A stretch of DNA of 64,000 nt from Octopus sinensis (lineage: Eukaryota): the NCBI RefSeq assembly GCF_006345805.1, contig NC_043009.1:60822001-60886000 (forward strand). The letters run 5' to 3'. The notes under the pieces are model-generated. The model was given only the letters and a program-made list of their open reading frames with translations. It had not been told where the DNA came from and made no database searches. The translations under genes and the position numbers were made by a program. Of this stretch, positions 26,181 through 37,854 are shown piece by piece (within the stretch, counting starts at the first letter, position 1; each line of letters begins with the position of its first letter).

Positions 26181-26290
26181 GTAACTCATTACTGAAGTTA
26201 CTTAACATTTAAAAGGTTTTTTTGATTATGAAATTATAAATTATTTACTTCGTATATATATACATGTGTGTGTTTTCAACAGTTTTATGT

Positions 26291-26326
26291 GAATTTCCAC
26301 TGCACCTAATGGTGCAGTGGAAATTC
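26291..26326. repeat. Perfect 16-bp hairpin palindrome
   Basis: gaatttccactgcacc-taat-ggtgcagtggaaattc. Confidence 0.95.
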
Positions 26327-27651
26327 GCAGTGGCCAAAATGATAAAGATTTGCAATGCAGTTGTGGGCAATTTTTACCTTCCGTGAGAATACCGGTAACA
26401 TGCGGCATCAATCTAATCGACTACACCATCCTCTCCAAACAAATGTGGAATTCTGGAAAGTATCTTTACGCTATTTAGTTACATCCCTTTATATTCTAGC
26501 TTCGGATACTATCGACGTCGACTTCCAGGATAGAGAAAATAAATTCCAGCTAAAACTACTAGGGTTCAAATTAAGCAGCCAATATCCCAAAATCTGTGGT
26601 GTTTAAGTCTTGGTGGGTGACAGAAATTCAATACCAGATACGCCGCATTAGGCTGTTTCTTTACCTTCTGTGTTCAAACCTCGTCGGGATCGATAAACTA
26701 AATGTACTGGGTCGATTAAATCAACTATATTCATACTCCTCCTTTAAATATTTGTGAACCCATATCAATAACCTATTGTTGTTGTTGTTTTCAACTTAAC
26801 AACAAAAGAATGCAGTAGTTAAAATATTTCTTATTTATATCATAAATAACCATGTTACCTACCATAAGTCTCTATGTAGCTGATCCATATCGTCGAACAT
26901 AAATTCGATTACAAAAAGGAAAAAAAGAAGACATCTTTGCAAACCATAATATGAACAAATCAGTCTTTAAATCCTACTAAAATAAACATCTTCTTTCATT
27001 CCTCCGAATACAAACAAAACAGCTTCTATATGGTTGCCGAGGGGTAAACTATACGACCAGTCCAGTCCGTAACGTGAAGTTTTTTGATATGAAACCGAAA
27101 CAAACCGTGAACAAGTTACTGTTATTAATATAAACAGACTATCGTAAAATGAAAAGTATTATAGCGGAATTTATATAATGGAATTTCATCATTTACAGTC
27201 GTATTCTTGGTTATGGATATTAACAACACAGACTTTTAAAATACATTTGTTATTTACTAATCGTTAATATGAAGGCGACGACTGTACAATTGTTGCTCGT
27301 CCGTTCGCGTGTGTCTGTTCGTTCGCTGGCATAGTTTGAATTCCCGCTGTTAAAATACAGTCGCAACAAAATAAGACAAACATGTAAACATATTGCAAAT
27401 ATATTATCAGTTTCAAAGCTGAAGTAATGAAACAGAAAATCTAAACAAAAACACGGAATTTCATTTTCAGTCCAAGCAAGTTTGGCTGTTATTTCATCGA
27501 GAAATCCTACAAAAAAAACGATAGGTAAGCAACGATTGGGGGAAAGTCGACGGTTTATAAAAAGCAGAGGCTATATTCCAAGACTGGGATGAAATAAAAT
27601 AGATTTCGACCTATTTTTGGCCGAGAATTTTAGATGTTGAAATTGTCTCAC

Positions 27652-27675
27652 CTCTCCAGCTGACCCGAGCGCCAT
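27652..27675 (-). CDS. NXT2: Probable first coding exon of NXT (MALGSAGE)
   Basis: aatATGGCGCTCGGGTCAGCTGGAGAG|gtgaga. The ATG is in a YY1/Kozak-like context just downstream of ETS sites, and the phase 0 donor joins exon 20708-20794 in frame. Confidence 0.7.
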
Positions 27676-27732
27676 ATTGTATGTAGCATGACACCGGAAG
27701 TAGAATAATGACTCACGACTCACTTCCGGTGT
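27670..27732. promoter_or_regulatory. Housekeeping/bidirectional-type promoter: inverted ETS pair, YY1 and AP-1-like motifs
   Basis: acaccggaagt (27691-27701) and acttccggtgt (27722-27732) form an 11-bp perfect inverted repeat; CGCCATATT at 27670-27678; tgactcac/gactcac lie between the ETS sites. Confidence 0.7.
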
Positions 27733-28379
27733 ATACCTAATGACCGAAAATTCTCGTTTTTTTATTGCTTTAATTGTTTTCTGAGGAGAAAAATTAATAC
27801 CTGCAGAGATGTAAAATCATGCTTTAGCTTCGTTGTTTCTTTAATTTTTATTGTAAATCTGTGAGAGTTGTTGTTCACAGTGATAACGGGGAGCCTGTTG
27901 CCTTACTTGTATCTCGACTCTGGTCCATTTGGTCTGACATTGCAATTGGTCTTTGAATGTTATCCAGTCTTAGAACCAAAGACAAATAACTTTCAATGGC
28001 TGGGGTCACCTATCTATAAATAAGTATCATGTGGAGGTGCTATTTACCACATGTTTTTCTCCATTAAGAAACCAAGTTACGAACTATATAGCAGAGACAG
28101 AGTTCGCGCATATATGTATGGTTATAAAACTGCTAGAAACAGCAGACATATCTTTTTAAATTCCCACCACACTCTGTCTTAAAGAAGAAAGTACACCTTA
28201 TTTAAATTAATCTTAGCTATATCTAACAATAAAAGATGGGATGTTGCTACATACGTACGTACAAGATAGTCACTGGAATAGTAAATCAAATAATTCTGGA
28301 AGGTGTCATACCCAATGACTAGTGCTGCAGTACCATTGTAAACTATATTAATGGCAAGGAGATGTACAAGAGAGAGAGA

Positions 28380-28680
28380 GGAAATTACAGAGACACCAAA
28401 TTTTGAAAATTACAAAAAAGGCTATTGTAACACTGACTAGAGAATGTTTTATTGTGGATGAGAGGCAATTTAGTTTTGTCCCAGGAAGAGGTACTAGTTG
28501 CCATATTCCGTGTCAGACAATTGCAAGAGCAATACATGACTAGAAATAATCTCCTATATCTAACATTCATCAATCTGAAGAAAATCTTTATTAGGGTACC
28601 ACTATCCATGAGTGTTTGTCATATGGAATTAAAAAAGGTACCCAAGGTTGTTGGAAATATGGTGGATAATCTTGTGGGTG
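28380..28680 (+). mobile_element. Decayed RTE-type reverse transcriptase fragment
   Basis: AIFRVRQLQEQYMTRNNLLYLTFINLKKIFIRVP resembles the RTE RT motif AIF.vRQLqEk...f.DleKAFD.Vp. Confidence 0.65.
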
Positions 28681-28769
28681 TCAATCAAGTCAGTTGTCAG
28701 ACGTCTGAGCTTCAATGTATCCATCCCCAGGGAAGCAAGACATTCAGAGTATGGTAGATGTCTGACAAC

Positions 28770-30690
28770 GGGTATTCACTTTGTTGCACATTTCTGAACA
28801 GTTTCCAGGAGATTTATATGCGGAGCAAGAGAGGGGTTCCAGGCTGGTGATGCAAATTCCAAGTGTGGACATACTATTGTCGTATACAATTTTAAATAGA
28901 TAGCTGGAGAGTGGCTGACAAAGGTCTTACTGAGTGATGCTAGCACCCTCTCAGCCTTCTTGACAATCTTAGAGATGTGGTTTGTCCAATGCAGATCGTT
29001 GTTTACAATGATACCCAGATCATGTCCACTAGAAGATTTCTTGAGATTGGTGTTGCTGAGAGAGTATGTAAAGGCTGGATTTTTACTCCCAAAATGCATG
29101 GTGACACACTTGTCTACAGCTAGCTTGAGTTGCCAGTCAGAGGTCCACTGCTGCATTGTATCCAGGTCTGATTGCAGGATAGGATCTTTTCTTTTTATTT
29201 CAAGGTACAGCTTGATGTCATCTGCATATTCCAGCACTGAAACATTTCTCAAATTGACATCTAGATCATTAATATATGCAACCAACAGTAAGGGTCCAAG
29301 AACAGATCCCAGTGGGACACCAGAAGTAATCTCATAGGGTGAAGAATGATGTCCTAGAACCATAACTACATCTTTCCGGCCCAGAATGAAAGACTTCAGT
29401 CAGTTATAGAGATCATCCTTCACACCCATTGCAGAGAGTTTTACCATGAGTTGTTTGTGTGGTACAGAGTTGAAGACTTTAGCAAAATCAAGGTAGACAG
29501 TATCCACCCATGAGCCGTCATCAATAACTCAGGTGATGTCCTCAAGACACTTGATGAGTTGACTGCTGGAGTTGGGGATAAAACCAAATTGTGGGGGCTA
29601 AATAAGGCTGTGAGAGCTTAAAAAGTCCCAGAGTGTTTCCCTGACACAGGACTCCATCAGTTTGGCGATGCAGCTAGTAAGGCTGACTGGACAGTTGTTG
29701 ACAGGTGATGTGCCATCAACTGTTTTGAACAAGGGAATAACACTGGCAATTTTCCAGTGCTCTGAAGTGACACAGTTGTTAAGGCAGAATTGACAAAAGG
29801 AAGAAAGCTGGTACAATAGAAAGAACCCACTACAATTGAGAAGAAAATAAGTTACACCATCAAGACCAGGAGAGGCATAGTTGCACTTATTCTTGAGATG
29901 GTGTCACAGCATTGTGGGTGTGAATTTCACAGATGTTATGGAATTTGATGTCAGAGTTGGTGAAGAAGATACATTGGGGTTATCAGCAGTAAAAATGCCA
30001 GTAAAGCATTCAGCAATAAGCTCAGTACATTCCTCGGCGTCATCAGTGATCTGACCTGTGTGAGGATCATGAAGAGGGCCAGTTGAGGAGTTAGATCTCT
30101 ATTTTGAGCACACATATTTTCAGGACACTTTGCTGTCAGGGCTAGTTGCTATACATCAAACTCAAGCGCTGTCTTTTTCGTTGCTTGCTTGAGTCAGTTA
30201 GATGATCTGTTGCATCTTCTTCTGCTCTCATCTTTTCTATGCTGTCTGTATTTCTGTTCAGCATCACAACGATCTTTTCTGGCAAATCAAACTGCTGCCG
30301 TCTCCCAAATTACATTATTTTTATTTCTAGAGCGTTTGTACAGTAGTGATGCTTCATATGCCGTCCAGATTGCACTGAATATATCTTGAAAAACAGTATT
30401 GATATTCCCTGGATTGTAAAATTCAAACCAGTTTAGGTGTTGTAATTCCTTATGGTAACAGTTCCAGTCAAAGCGAATGGTTTAAAGGTGGTGGTGGTGC
30501 TTCTTGTTTCTGCCTACAAGAGACAGATTGGCAATGAACATAGCGTGATTGGAGTCACCTAGAGGTTCCTTTGTCACAACACTGACCACAGTTCTAGGAG
30601 CGGTGGTAAAGAGCAGGTTCAAAGTGTTATTACCAATGAAAAGTTTCTCATTCAATTTCAGGGTAGTTGAAGTCACCAGTAATGAAAATA
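28770..30690 (-). mobile_element. Decayed CR1-group LINE ORF2 (RT region)
   Basis: SGVPLGSVLGPLL, YADDIKLY, HLEFASPAWNP and WKIASVIPLFK motifs; stops and frameshifts. Confidence 0.9.
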
Positions 30691-30769
30691 TACATGGCTG
30701 TTATATATAGAACATCTAGCATTGTAGGTGTTCTAACACCAGCTGGGTGGTAAGAATAGGCACAAACGT

Positions 30770-31180
30770 GGATACGTGGTAAGAAGCTTGCTTCCCAACC
30801 ACATTGTTCCTGGTTCAGTCCCACTGCACGACACCTTGGGCAATTGTCTTCTACTATAGCCTCAGCCAACTAAAGCCTCGTGGGAAGATTTGATAAACAG
30901 AAACTGAAAGAAGCCAGCAAGCTGGCAAAAACGTTAGCACGCCGGGTGAAATGCTTAGCAGTATTTCGTCTGCCGCTACTTTCTGAGTTCAAATTCGGCC
31001 GAGGTCAACTTTGCCTTTCATCCTTTTGGGGTCAATTAAATAAGTACCAGTTACACACTGGGGTTGATATAATCAACTTAATCCGTTTGTCTGTCCTTGT
31101 TTATCCCCTCTGAGTGTAGCTCCTTGTGGACAGTAAAGAAATAAGAAACTGAAAGAAGCCCATCATGTATATAAATATAT
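30770..31180 (+). mobile_element. SINE-A monomer (30916-31143) inserted into SINE-B with a 17-bp TSD
   Basis: agaaactgaaagaagcc at 30899-30915 and 31144-31160. Confidence 0.85.
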
Positions 31181-31199
31181 ATATATACAAGGACAGGGG

Positions 31200-33680
31200 A
31201 AGTCCCTCCTGAACCTCATCAACACTTTGTACATGGAGCAAAGAGTACTCCAACCAACCAGGGCAGGTAACATACTGGATCTCTGCTTCACAAATAATAT
31301 GGATCTCATCCATAATGTGAAAGTGACACCGATGCTATTCTCGGATCACAACATTATATAGCTGACCATGTACAGTCCAAAGGAAAGCATGGACATGCAG
31401 CCTACAAGAAACTCTCAGAATCTTTCCAGCTTGAACTTCCATAAGGCAAATTGGAACAAATTGAGAAAGAGATCTTCAAACAAAACTGGCCTAAATGTTT
31501 CTCCTCACCGGGCATTGACATGAAACTTCAACAATCCATGTCTGTAATGCAAGCCATATGCTACAAATGTGTCCCAGAGAGAAAGGCCACTGTACACAAG
31601 AACAAAATCCCCAGGGAGAGGAAAATTCTTATGAGACGGTGTACAAAGATTTCAAATCGTCTAAACAAACAAATTGAAAGCACTGAAAATATAACTGCTG
31701 GAAATTGAAAAATGTCTGCAACTCTCCCATGAAAAAGGAAAGAGCAGACAAAGAAACCTGGGCTATAGACAATATAAAATCTAACCCTAGAGCTTTCTAC
31801 AAGTTTGCCAAAGAAACAGTTACGGTGCACTACAGGATAGGCCACTCCTCGAAAAAGATGGTACACTCACGAAATCCAATGAGGATAAGTGAAATACTAA
31901 ATGAGCAATTCAAAAGTATTTTCACTCCACCCCTAGGGCACTTTCAAGTCAGCAATCCAACTGACTTCTTTACCACTGCAGATATAAAACCAGAGGCAAT
32001 GATGATTGATTATATCAATATAAAGGAAGATGATGTAATAAGGGCTATAGATGAAATGAACTCAAACTCAGCTACTAGCCCTGGTGGATTCCCAGCAATC
32101 CTTCTAAGAGTATGTAAGCGAGTCCTAGCAATACCACTGCAGTCCCTCTTTCAGAGCTTCCTTGCAACTGGCAAACTTCCAAGAAAACTGAAGGAGGGTA
32201 AAATATGCCCTATTCATAAAGGAGGTAGCAGAGCGGAGGCCAAGAACTACAGATCTATCTCTCTGACCTCACACATCAACAAGGTCATGGAACGAATAGT
32301 CAGAAGAAAACTAATCGCCTTCCTCAAAGAAAATGACTTGCTGCTTGACCAAGAAGCTACCTAACTCAGCTCTTAGAACACAATGAATGGGTGCTGAAAC
32401 AACTGCTCAACCACTCGAATGTGGAACTGATATATCTCGATTTTGGAAAGGCTTTTGATGAAGTCGATCATGGAGTATGTCACAAACTGCATGATATTGG
32501 CATAACTGGAAAATTGGGAGAATGGCTTCATGACTTTCTGAAGGATAGAAGTCAGGTGGTAGTAGCCAATGACACGCAAATAGTGAGTGGTGATCCGCAA
32601 GGCACTGTTTTGGGACCACTACTGTTCATAATGGCCCTCTCAGACATGCCCTCAGCCACACAGAGAGCCACAATCACAAGTTATGCAGATGATACAAAAG
32701 TTTCACAGGTAATACAGAACCCTGAAGACACTATACACCTGCAATGTGAGCTGGATGAAACATACAAGCGGGCTGAAAAGAATAGCATGCAGTTTAATGC
32801 TGATAAGTTTCAAGCTTTGTGTTATCAGCATGCAAAACTAAATGCAATACCCATTAAATACACTGGACCTGGAGGGATTGCAATCCCAGAAGCACAATCA
32901 GTGCAAGACCTGGGCATTTACATGAGTAATGAGGCAACCTTTCATGTGCATTTTGCTAAATTGGCAATGAAATGTAGGCAGCTGACCAGATGGATTCTTA
33001 GAACTTTTAGAACAAGAGACCAGGAAACCATGATGGTCCTCTGGAGAACACTTGTCCTAAGCCACTTTGACTATTGCTCTCAGCTATGGTCACCAACCAG
33101 TGTCAAATTAATCTCAGAACTTGAGGCAATCCAACGAAGCTACACGAAGAAGATAGCCTCTATGCAGCATATAAGCTATTGGGAAAGACTCAAAAGATTA
33201 AGACTCTATTCCTTAGAGTGTAGACGAGAAAGATATGCCATAATATACATCTGGAAGATCCTGGAAGGACTTGTCCCCAACTTTGGCATCGAGAGTTACA
33301 CAAATATTAGAACTGGATGCCACTGCATAGTGCCAAGGACTCCAAATTTGCCATCAAGATGTAGGACAAGATACTGCAATAGCCTGGGCTTCAGAGGTCG
33401 ACAGCTCATCAATATCCTCTCGAAGCACCTGACTGACCTGCATAGGGTGGATGTAGGTGTCTTCAAAATAAAGCTAGACCTCTTCCTATCAGGTGTCCCA
33501 GATGAACCAACTTTGCGACAGGAGACGCAGATGAGGGCAGCTGCATCAAACTCTCTCATGCAGCAAATGTCAATTGCTAAAAAGCATTTGTGAAGTAAAA
33601 TTACGTAGCAATAGCAAATGGTGGTGCCCCAGCATGGCCACAGCTCGTGAGCTGAAACTAGTTGAAATAAAAAAAAAATT
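31200..33680 (+). mobile_element. CR1-group LINE, 5'-truncated, with frameshifts; intact 3' tail and poly(A)
   Basis: ORFs 31705-32364 and 32391-33593: YLDFGKAFD, PQGTVLGPLLF, YADDTK, YWERLKRLRLYSLE..RERYAIIYIWKILEG; tail and A-run to ~33680. Confidence 0.92.
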
Positions 33681-34189
33681 AAAAAATACACTGAAATATG
33701 TGTGTATGTGTGTATGTATGTATATATATATATATATATATATGCATAGAATATAATTTCCAAATTTCATAAAGATCCATTCAGTAACTTTGACCTAGTT
33801 TTGGATCATAAAAGAAATGACTAAAATTTGGGAGTTAAGGCTCCCATTAGGGTGTTACATATATATATATATATAATATAGATAGATAGATAGATAGATA
33901 TACACACACATACAAAGATAAATTGATAGATACAACTGAGTGGAAAACAAAAATATGAGACACAGCCTAGTATTTTTTTTTATGTTGATAAGCCTGTTAC
34001 TTATTCTATTAGTTTGTTCTTGTGAAATCAGTAAGTTATGTGGATATAAATAAATGAACAGCAGTTGTGAAGCAGTGATGAGGGCGAAACACACAGACAA
34101 AGACATACACATACACTTACATATATACATACATATATATATATACGATTGATTTGTTTCAGTTCCTGTCTACGGAATCCATATATATC

Positions 34190-36750
34190 GTTGTTGGCAT
34201 CCTTTTTGTCTCGAGAGACAATGGAGTTGCGCATAAAATGATCTAGTGCGACTTTTACACTTCATGTCCTAATACATCTCCTGCTGTGGCTGTGTAGCCC
34301 TATCCTGGACAAACACTCCCTCTGGCAGGTGCCGCAGATGTAGCGAAGACTTTGCCTGGCTGGTTGTAATGTCATAGTTTCTTGTTGACGTCTTTTCTTG
34401 TCTTTCCATTTCTCCTCTCCCTTTATGTCACTCCTTTGTGTTCCCTCTTTTACGGTACATCGCCAATCTCCACGGTTACTGGCAACTGCTTCCCAGTTGT
34501 AATATTGATGTTGCAGGCATTCATGTCCCTTTTGCAAACATCCTTGTATCGTAAGAACGGTCTTCCCACACACCTAGTGCCCTTAGCAAGCACTCCGAAG
34601 AGTATGTCCTTGGGGATTCTGCCATCTTCCATATGGCTAACATGTCCAAGCCATCTCATACGTCTTTGTGTGAGGAGTGCAAACATGCTTGGTATTTCTG
34701 CTTGCTTGAAGACATCTTTGTTGGGGACATGATTCTGCCATTTGATGCAACGGATTTTCTGGAGGCAGCGCAAATGAAAGATATTTAGGCGACGCTCTTG
34801 GCGTGTGTATGACGTCCAAGTCTCACTTCCATACAGTAGAGTGCTAAGAACACATGCCTGGTAAATCTTCATTTTTGTAGTCTTGGTCAGCTTATTGTTG
34901 TCCCATGCCTGTTTGGAGAGTTGGGCCATCGCAGCAGCTGCCTTGCCAATGCATATATTGAGCTCAGCATCAGGGATAGGTTGTAGGTGACGGTAGAGCC
35001 AAGATAGGTAAACTTCTCCACCTCCTGTAGTCTGTGGTCTCCAATATGTATGTTTGGGATGTCCGATGTAGCCTGACCCATGATGTTGGTGTTCATGAGG
35101 TTGATAACTAAGCCAAAGTCACTACATGCTTGCTCAAAACAGTCGATGAGCCTTTGTAGGGTTTCTTCTGTGTGTGATACCAGAGCGGCATCATCAGCAA
35201 ATAGCATCTCCTTGATCAGGACACTTCTGATTTTGGTCTTGGCATGCAGATGCAAGAGATTGAACAGTTTCCTGTCACTTCTACTGTGCAGAAACACTTC
35301 ATCATCTGATGTCTCAAAGGCATGTGACAGCAGCAGTGAGAAGATGCCAAATAATGTAGGAGCAAGGACACTTGCTTTACCACGTTTTTATTTGGAAGCC
35401 GACTGATGTTGAACCATTGTGCTGTATATTGCCTTGCACATCATCATGCAAAGATTTGATGATCCTCAGCAGCTTTGGTGGACATCCGATTTTTTGGAGC
35501 AGGATGAAGAGGCCTTTTCTACTTACCAAGTCTAAGGCCTTTGTCCAATCAATGAAGGCCATATATAATGGCATTTTCTGCTCTCTGGACTTCTTCTGAA
35601 GTTGGCGTATGGAGAATATCATGTCAATAGTTGATCTGCTTCTTCTAAAGCCACACTGCGATTCTGCATAAATTTAAGAAGCATGCAGTTGTAGCCTGGA
35701 CAGGATAATGTGAGCAAAGGCCTTTCCAACAGTGCTTAGAAGAAATATTCCACGGTAATTGTTACAATCATCATGGTCACCTTTGTGTTTGTAAATCGTA
35801 ATGATGTTAGCATCCCGCATATCCTGAAGGACTGTACCCTCTCCCCAGCACTGACACAGAAGCTCATCTAGGTGCCGAAGCAGGATGGTGTTTTTGCTGG
35901 TTTTGATGATCTCTAAGGGGATGGTGTCCCTTAGAGCCTTGTTACTTGCTAGGGAGTCAATAGCCTTGGTGAGCTCTACTATAGATGGCCGACTGTCAAG
36001 TTCGCACATGACTGACAAGATCTTGACACCCTCGATTGCAGCCTCAGCTACCGTGGCCCCCCGTGAGTACAGATCCTTGTAGTACTCCACCCATCTATTC
36101 ATTTGCTAGCTTTGGTCCTTGATGAGATCTCCAGTAGTTGATTTCAGAGGGGCTGACTTGGTTGCGGATGGACCGAGGGCCTTCTTCAAACCGGCATACA
36201 TCCCACGGGTGTTGCCACTGTCAGCAGCTGACTGGATACTCTGACAGATTTCCTGCCAATACCTGGCAGTCAGTTGGATTTTATTTCTTGCCTTTCTGAG
36301 TTCTTCGAGTGACTTTGTAGAAGAATCACTCTTGTATTGCATCAGAGCTGCATACTTTGCTTCGATAACTGTTTCCAGCTCTAAGAGCCCAGCATTGAAC
36401 CAATCTGGGTTTTGCCTTTCTCTCATGCCGAAAGTATCTATTGATGTGGTATACAAAGCTTCCCTGATATAATTCCACCTACTTTCAGCAAAGGAGGTTG
36501 GGCAGCTACTGAGGGCAACCTTGATAGAAACAGCAAAACATTTTCGCAGTGTAGGGTCCGAGGTTCTGGCAGTGTTAATGCGTAGTCGGCCCATTTTCTT
36601 GGAGTGATGGACTTTTTTAGGCAGAATCCTCACCCTGCTTCCTATTAGTGAATGATCTGTATCACAATCCACGCTGTGGTAACTACGGGTCAGTTGAACA
36701 GAATTCAGAAAGGATCTTTGTGTAATGATGAGATCCAGATGATGCCAAGC
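34190..36750 (-). mobile_element. RTE (BovB-like) LINE, 5'-truncated and degenerate
   Basis: Consecutive ORF pieces 36106-36672, 35674-36102, 35377-35622, 34887-35297, 34450-34929 and 34262-34573 give EN C-terminus (TDHSL), RT (FADDAAL) and YGSETW, and a terminal zinc finger CGTCQRECLSRIGLHSH. Confidence 0.93.
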
Positions 36751-36992
36751 AAAGTCGACCTCGGCGGAATTTGAACTTAGAACGTAGCGGCAGACGAAAT
36801 ACCTATTTCTTTACTACCCACAAGGGGCTAAACAAGGAGAGACAAACGGATTAAGTCGATTATATCGACCCCAGTGCGTAACTGGTACTTAATTTATCGA
36901 CCCCGAAAGGATGAAAGGCAAAGTCGGCCTCGGCGGAATTTGAACTCAGAACGTAACGGCTGACGAAATACTGCTAAGCATTTCGCCCGGCG
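36751..36992 (-). mobile_element. SINE-A head + 1 unit + partial unit, directly fused to the RTE 5' end
   Basis: Unit junction cgaaatac|ctatttcttt at 36802/36803; the second unit stops at gtcgacttt and abuts RTE sequence. Confidence 0.85.
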
Positions 36993-37379
36993 TGTTTGAA
37001 GGTAAAAATCTGACATATCTATGTTGGTGAACAAATATTGATAGTCATCAGTTACCTCCCTTCTATTGTCAGGCTGATCTAGCAATGAATTTTTTTTTTA
37101 TTTTACCTCGACTGAAATTCTACGAACTTATATTGAAAACGGGAGGATGCTTAGGTGTTCATCATTTTTGCCACCTGCTTTAGACGTATTTGCATGTTTT
37201 GAATAAAATTTATATTTAAAAAAAAGATAAATAAATTTGAATTATGGAAAATACGATAGAATAATATTCTTTAATTAAAATTAAGTCTCGTTACTGAATG
37301 CTTGGCTTTTGGAATAATTTTTTTATTATATCTAATACCATATACGTAGATATCATTTTTGATTTATTTTTTGTCATAG

Positions 37380-37475
37380 GAAAGGGTGCTTCCACCTGAT
37401 CGTAGAGCTTTATTACATGGATGGAGCATTAAGGAACCCCCACCACCATTTCTGTGGGAATCTGATGGCTACTTT
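37380..37475 (+). CDS. Candidate internal exon of an unidentified plus-strand gene
   Basis: gatttattttttgtcatag|GAAAGG...GGCTACTTT|gtgagt; 96 nt of unique sequence, open in two frames: ERVLPPDRRALLHGWSIKEPPPPFLWESDGYF or KGCFHLIVELYYMDGALRNPHHHFCGNLMAT. Confidence 0.5.
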
Positions 37476-37854
37476 GTGAGTAAATGTATAATCCAAACGA
37501 AGCTAGTAGTTTCGGTAAGGTTAATAAATAAACCTACGAACACAATCCATCTCCTCTTAGTTTATAGATCGGTGGGGGTGGGGGTCTCATCAGTTTCTAG
37601 TAAATCGATGTTCGTTGCCTGCTACATGTAAAGTAACCCTAAAGGAATTGAGCTTCTGGATATCTTGAAATGGTTTCGTGGCAGGGAAAGCAATTAAGCA
37701 AGTGGCAGTTCAGGTGAGGAAGAAGTAATTCGGAAAAAAATGGTCACTTTCCTCTTACTGGCAGTTAATTTGAGATTTTAGTTTATTTACCAAAGGATTA
37801 ATAAACTATTATGTTCGTGAGACGGGTTGAATAGTTGATCGCCAGACTTTCGGT

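Noticed and set aside
24167-27675. COX6C-like peptide MALGSAGE+LLPKPQL from joining exon 1 to the 20-nt micro-exon
   Set aside because: No downstream RGL.../transmembrane exon was found. Exon 1 joins the clear NXT exon in frame, so the resemblance is probably chance.
31705-36672. Long RT ORFs as host genes or an active LINE
   Set aside because: Multiple stops and frameshifts plus 5' truncation. These are dead CR1-group and RTE copies.
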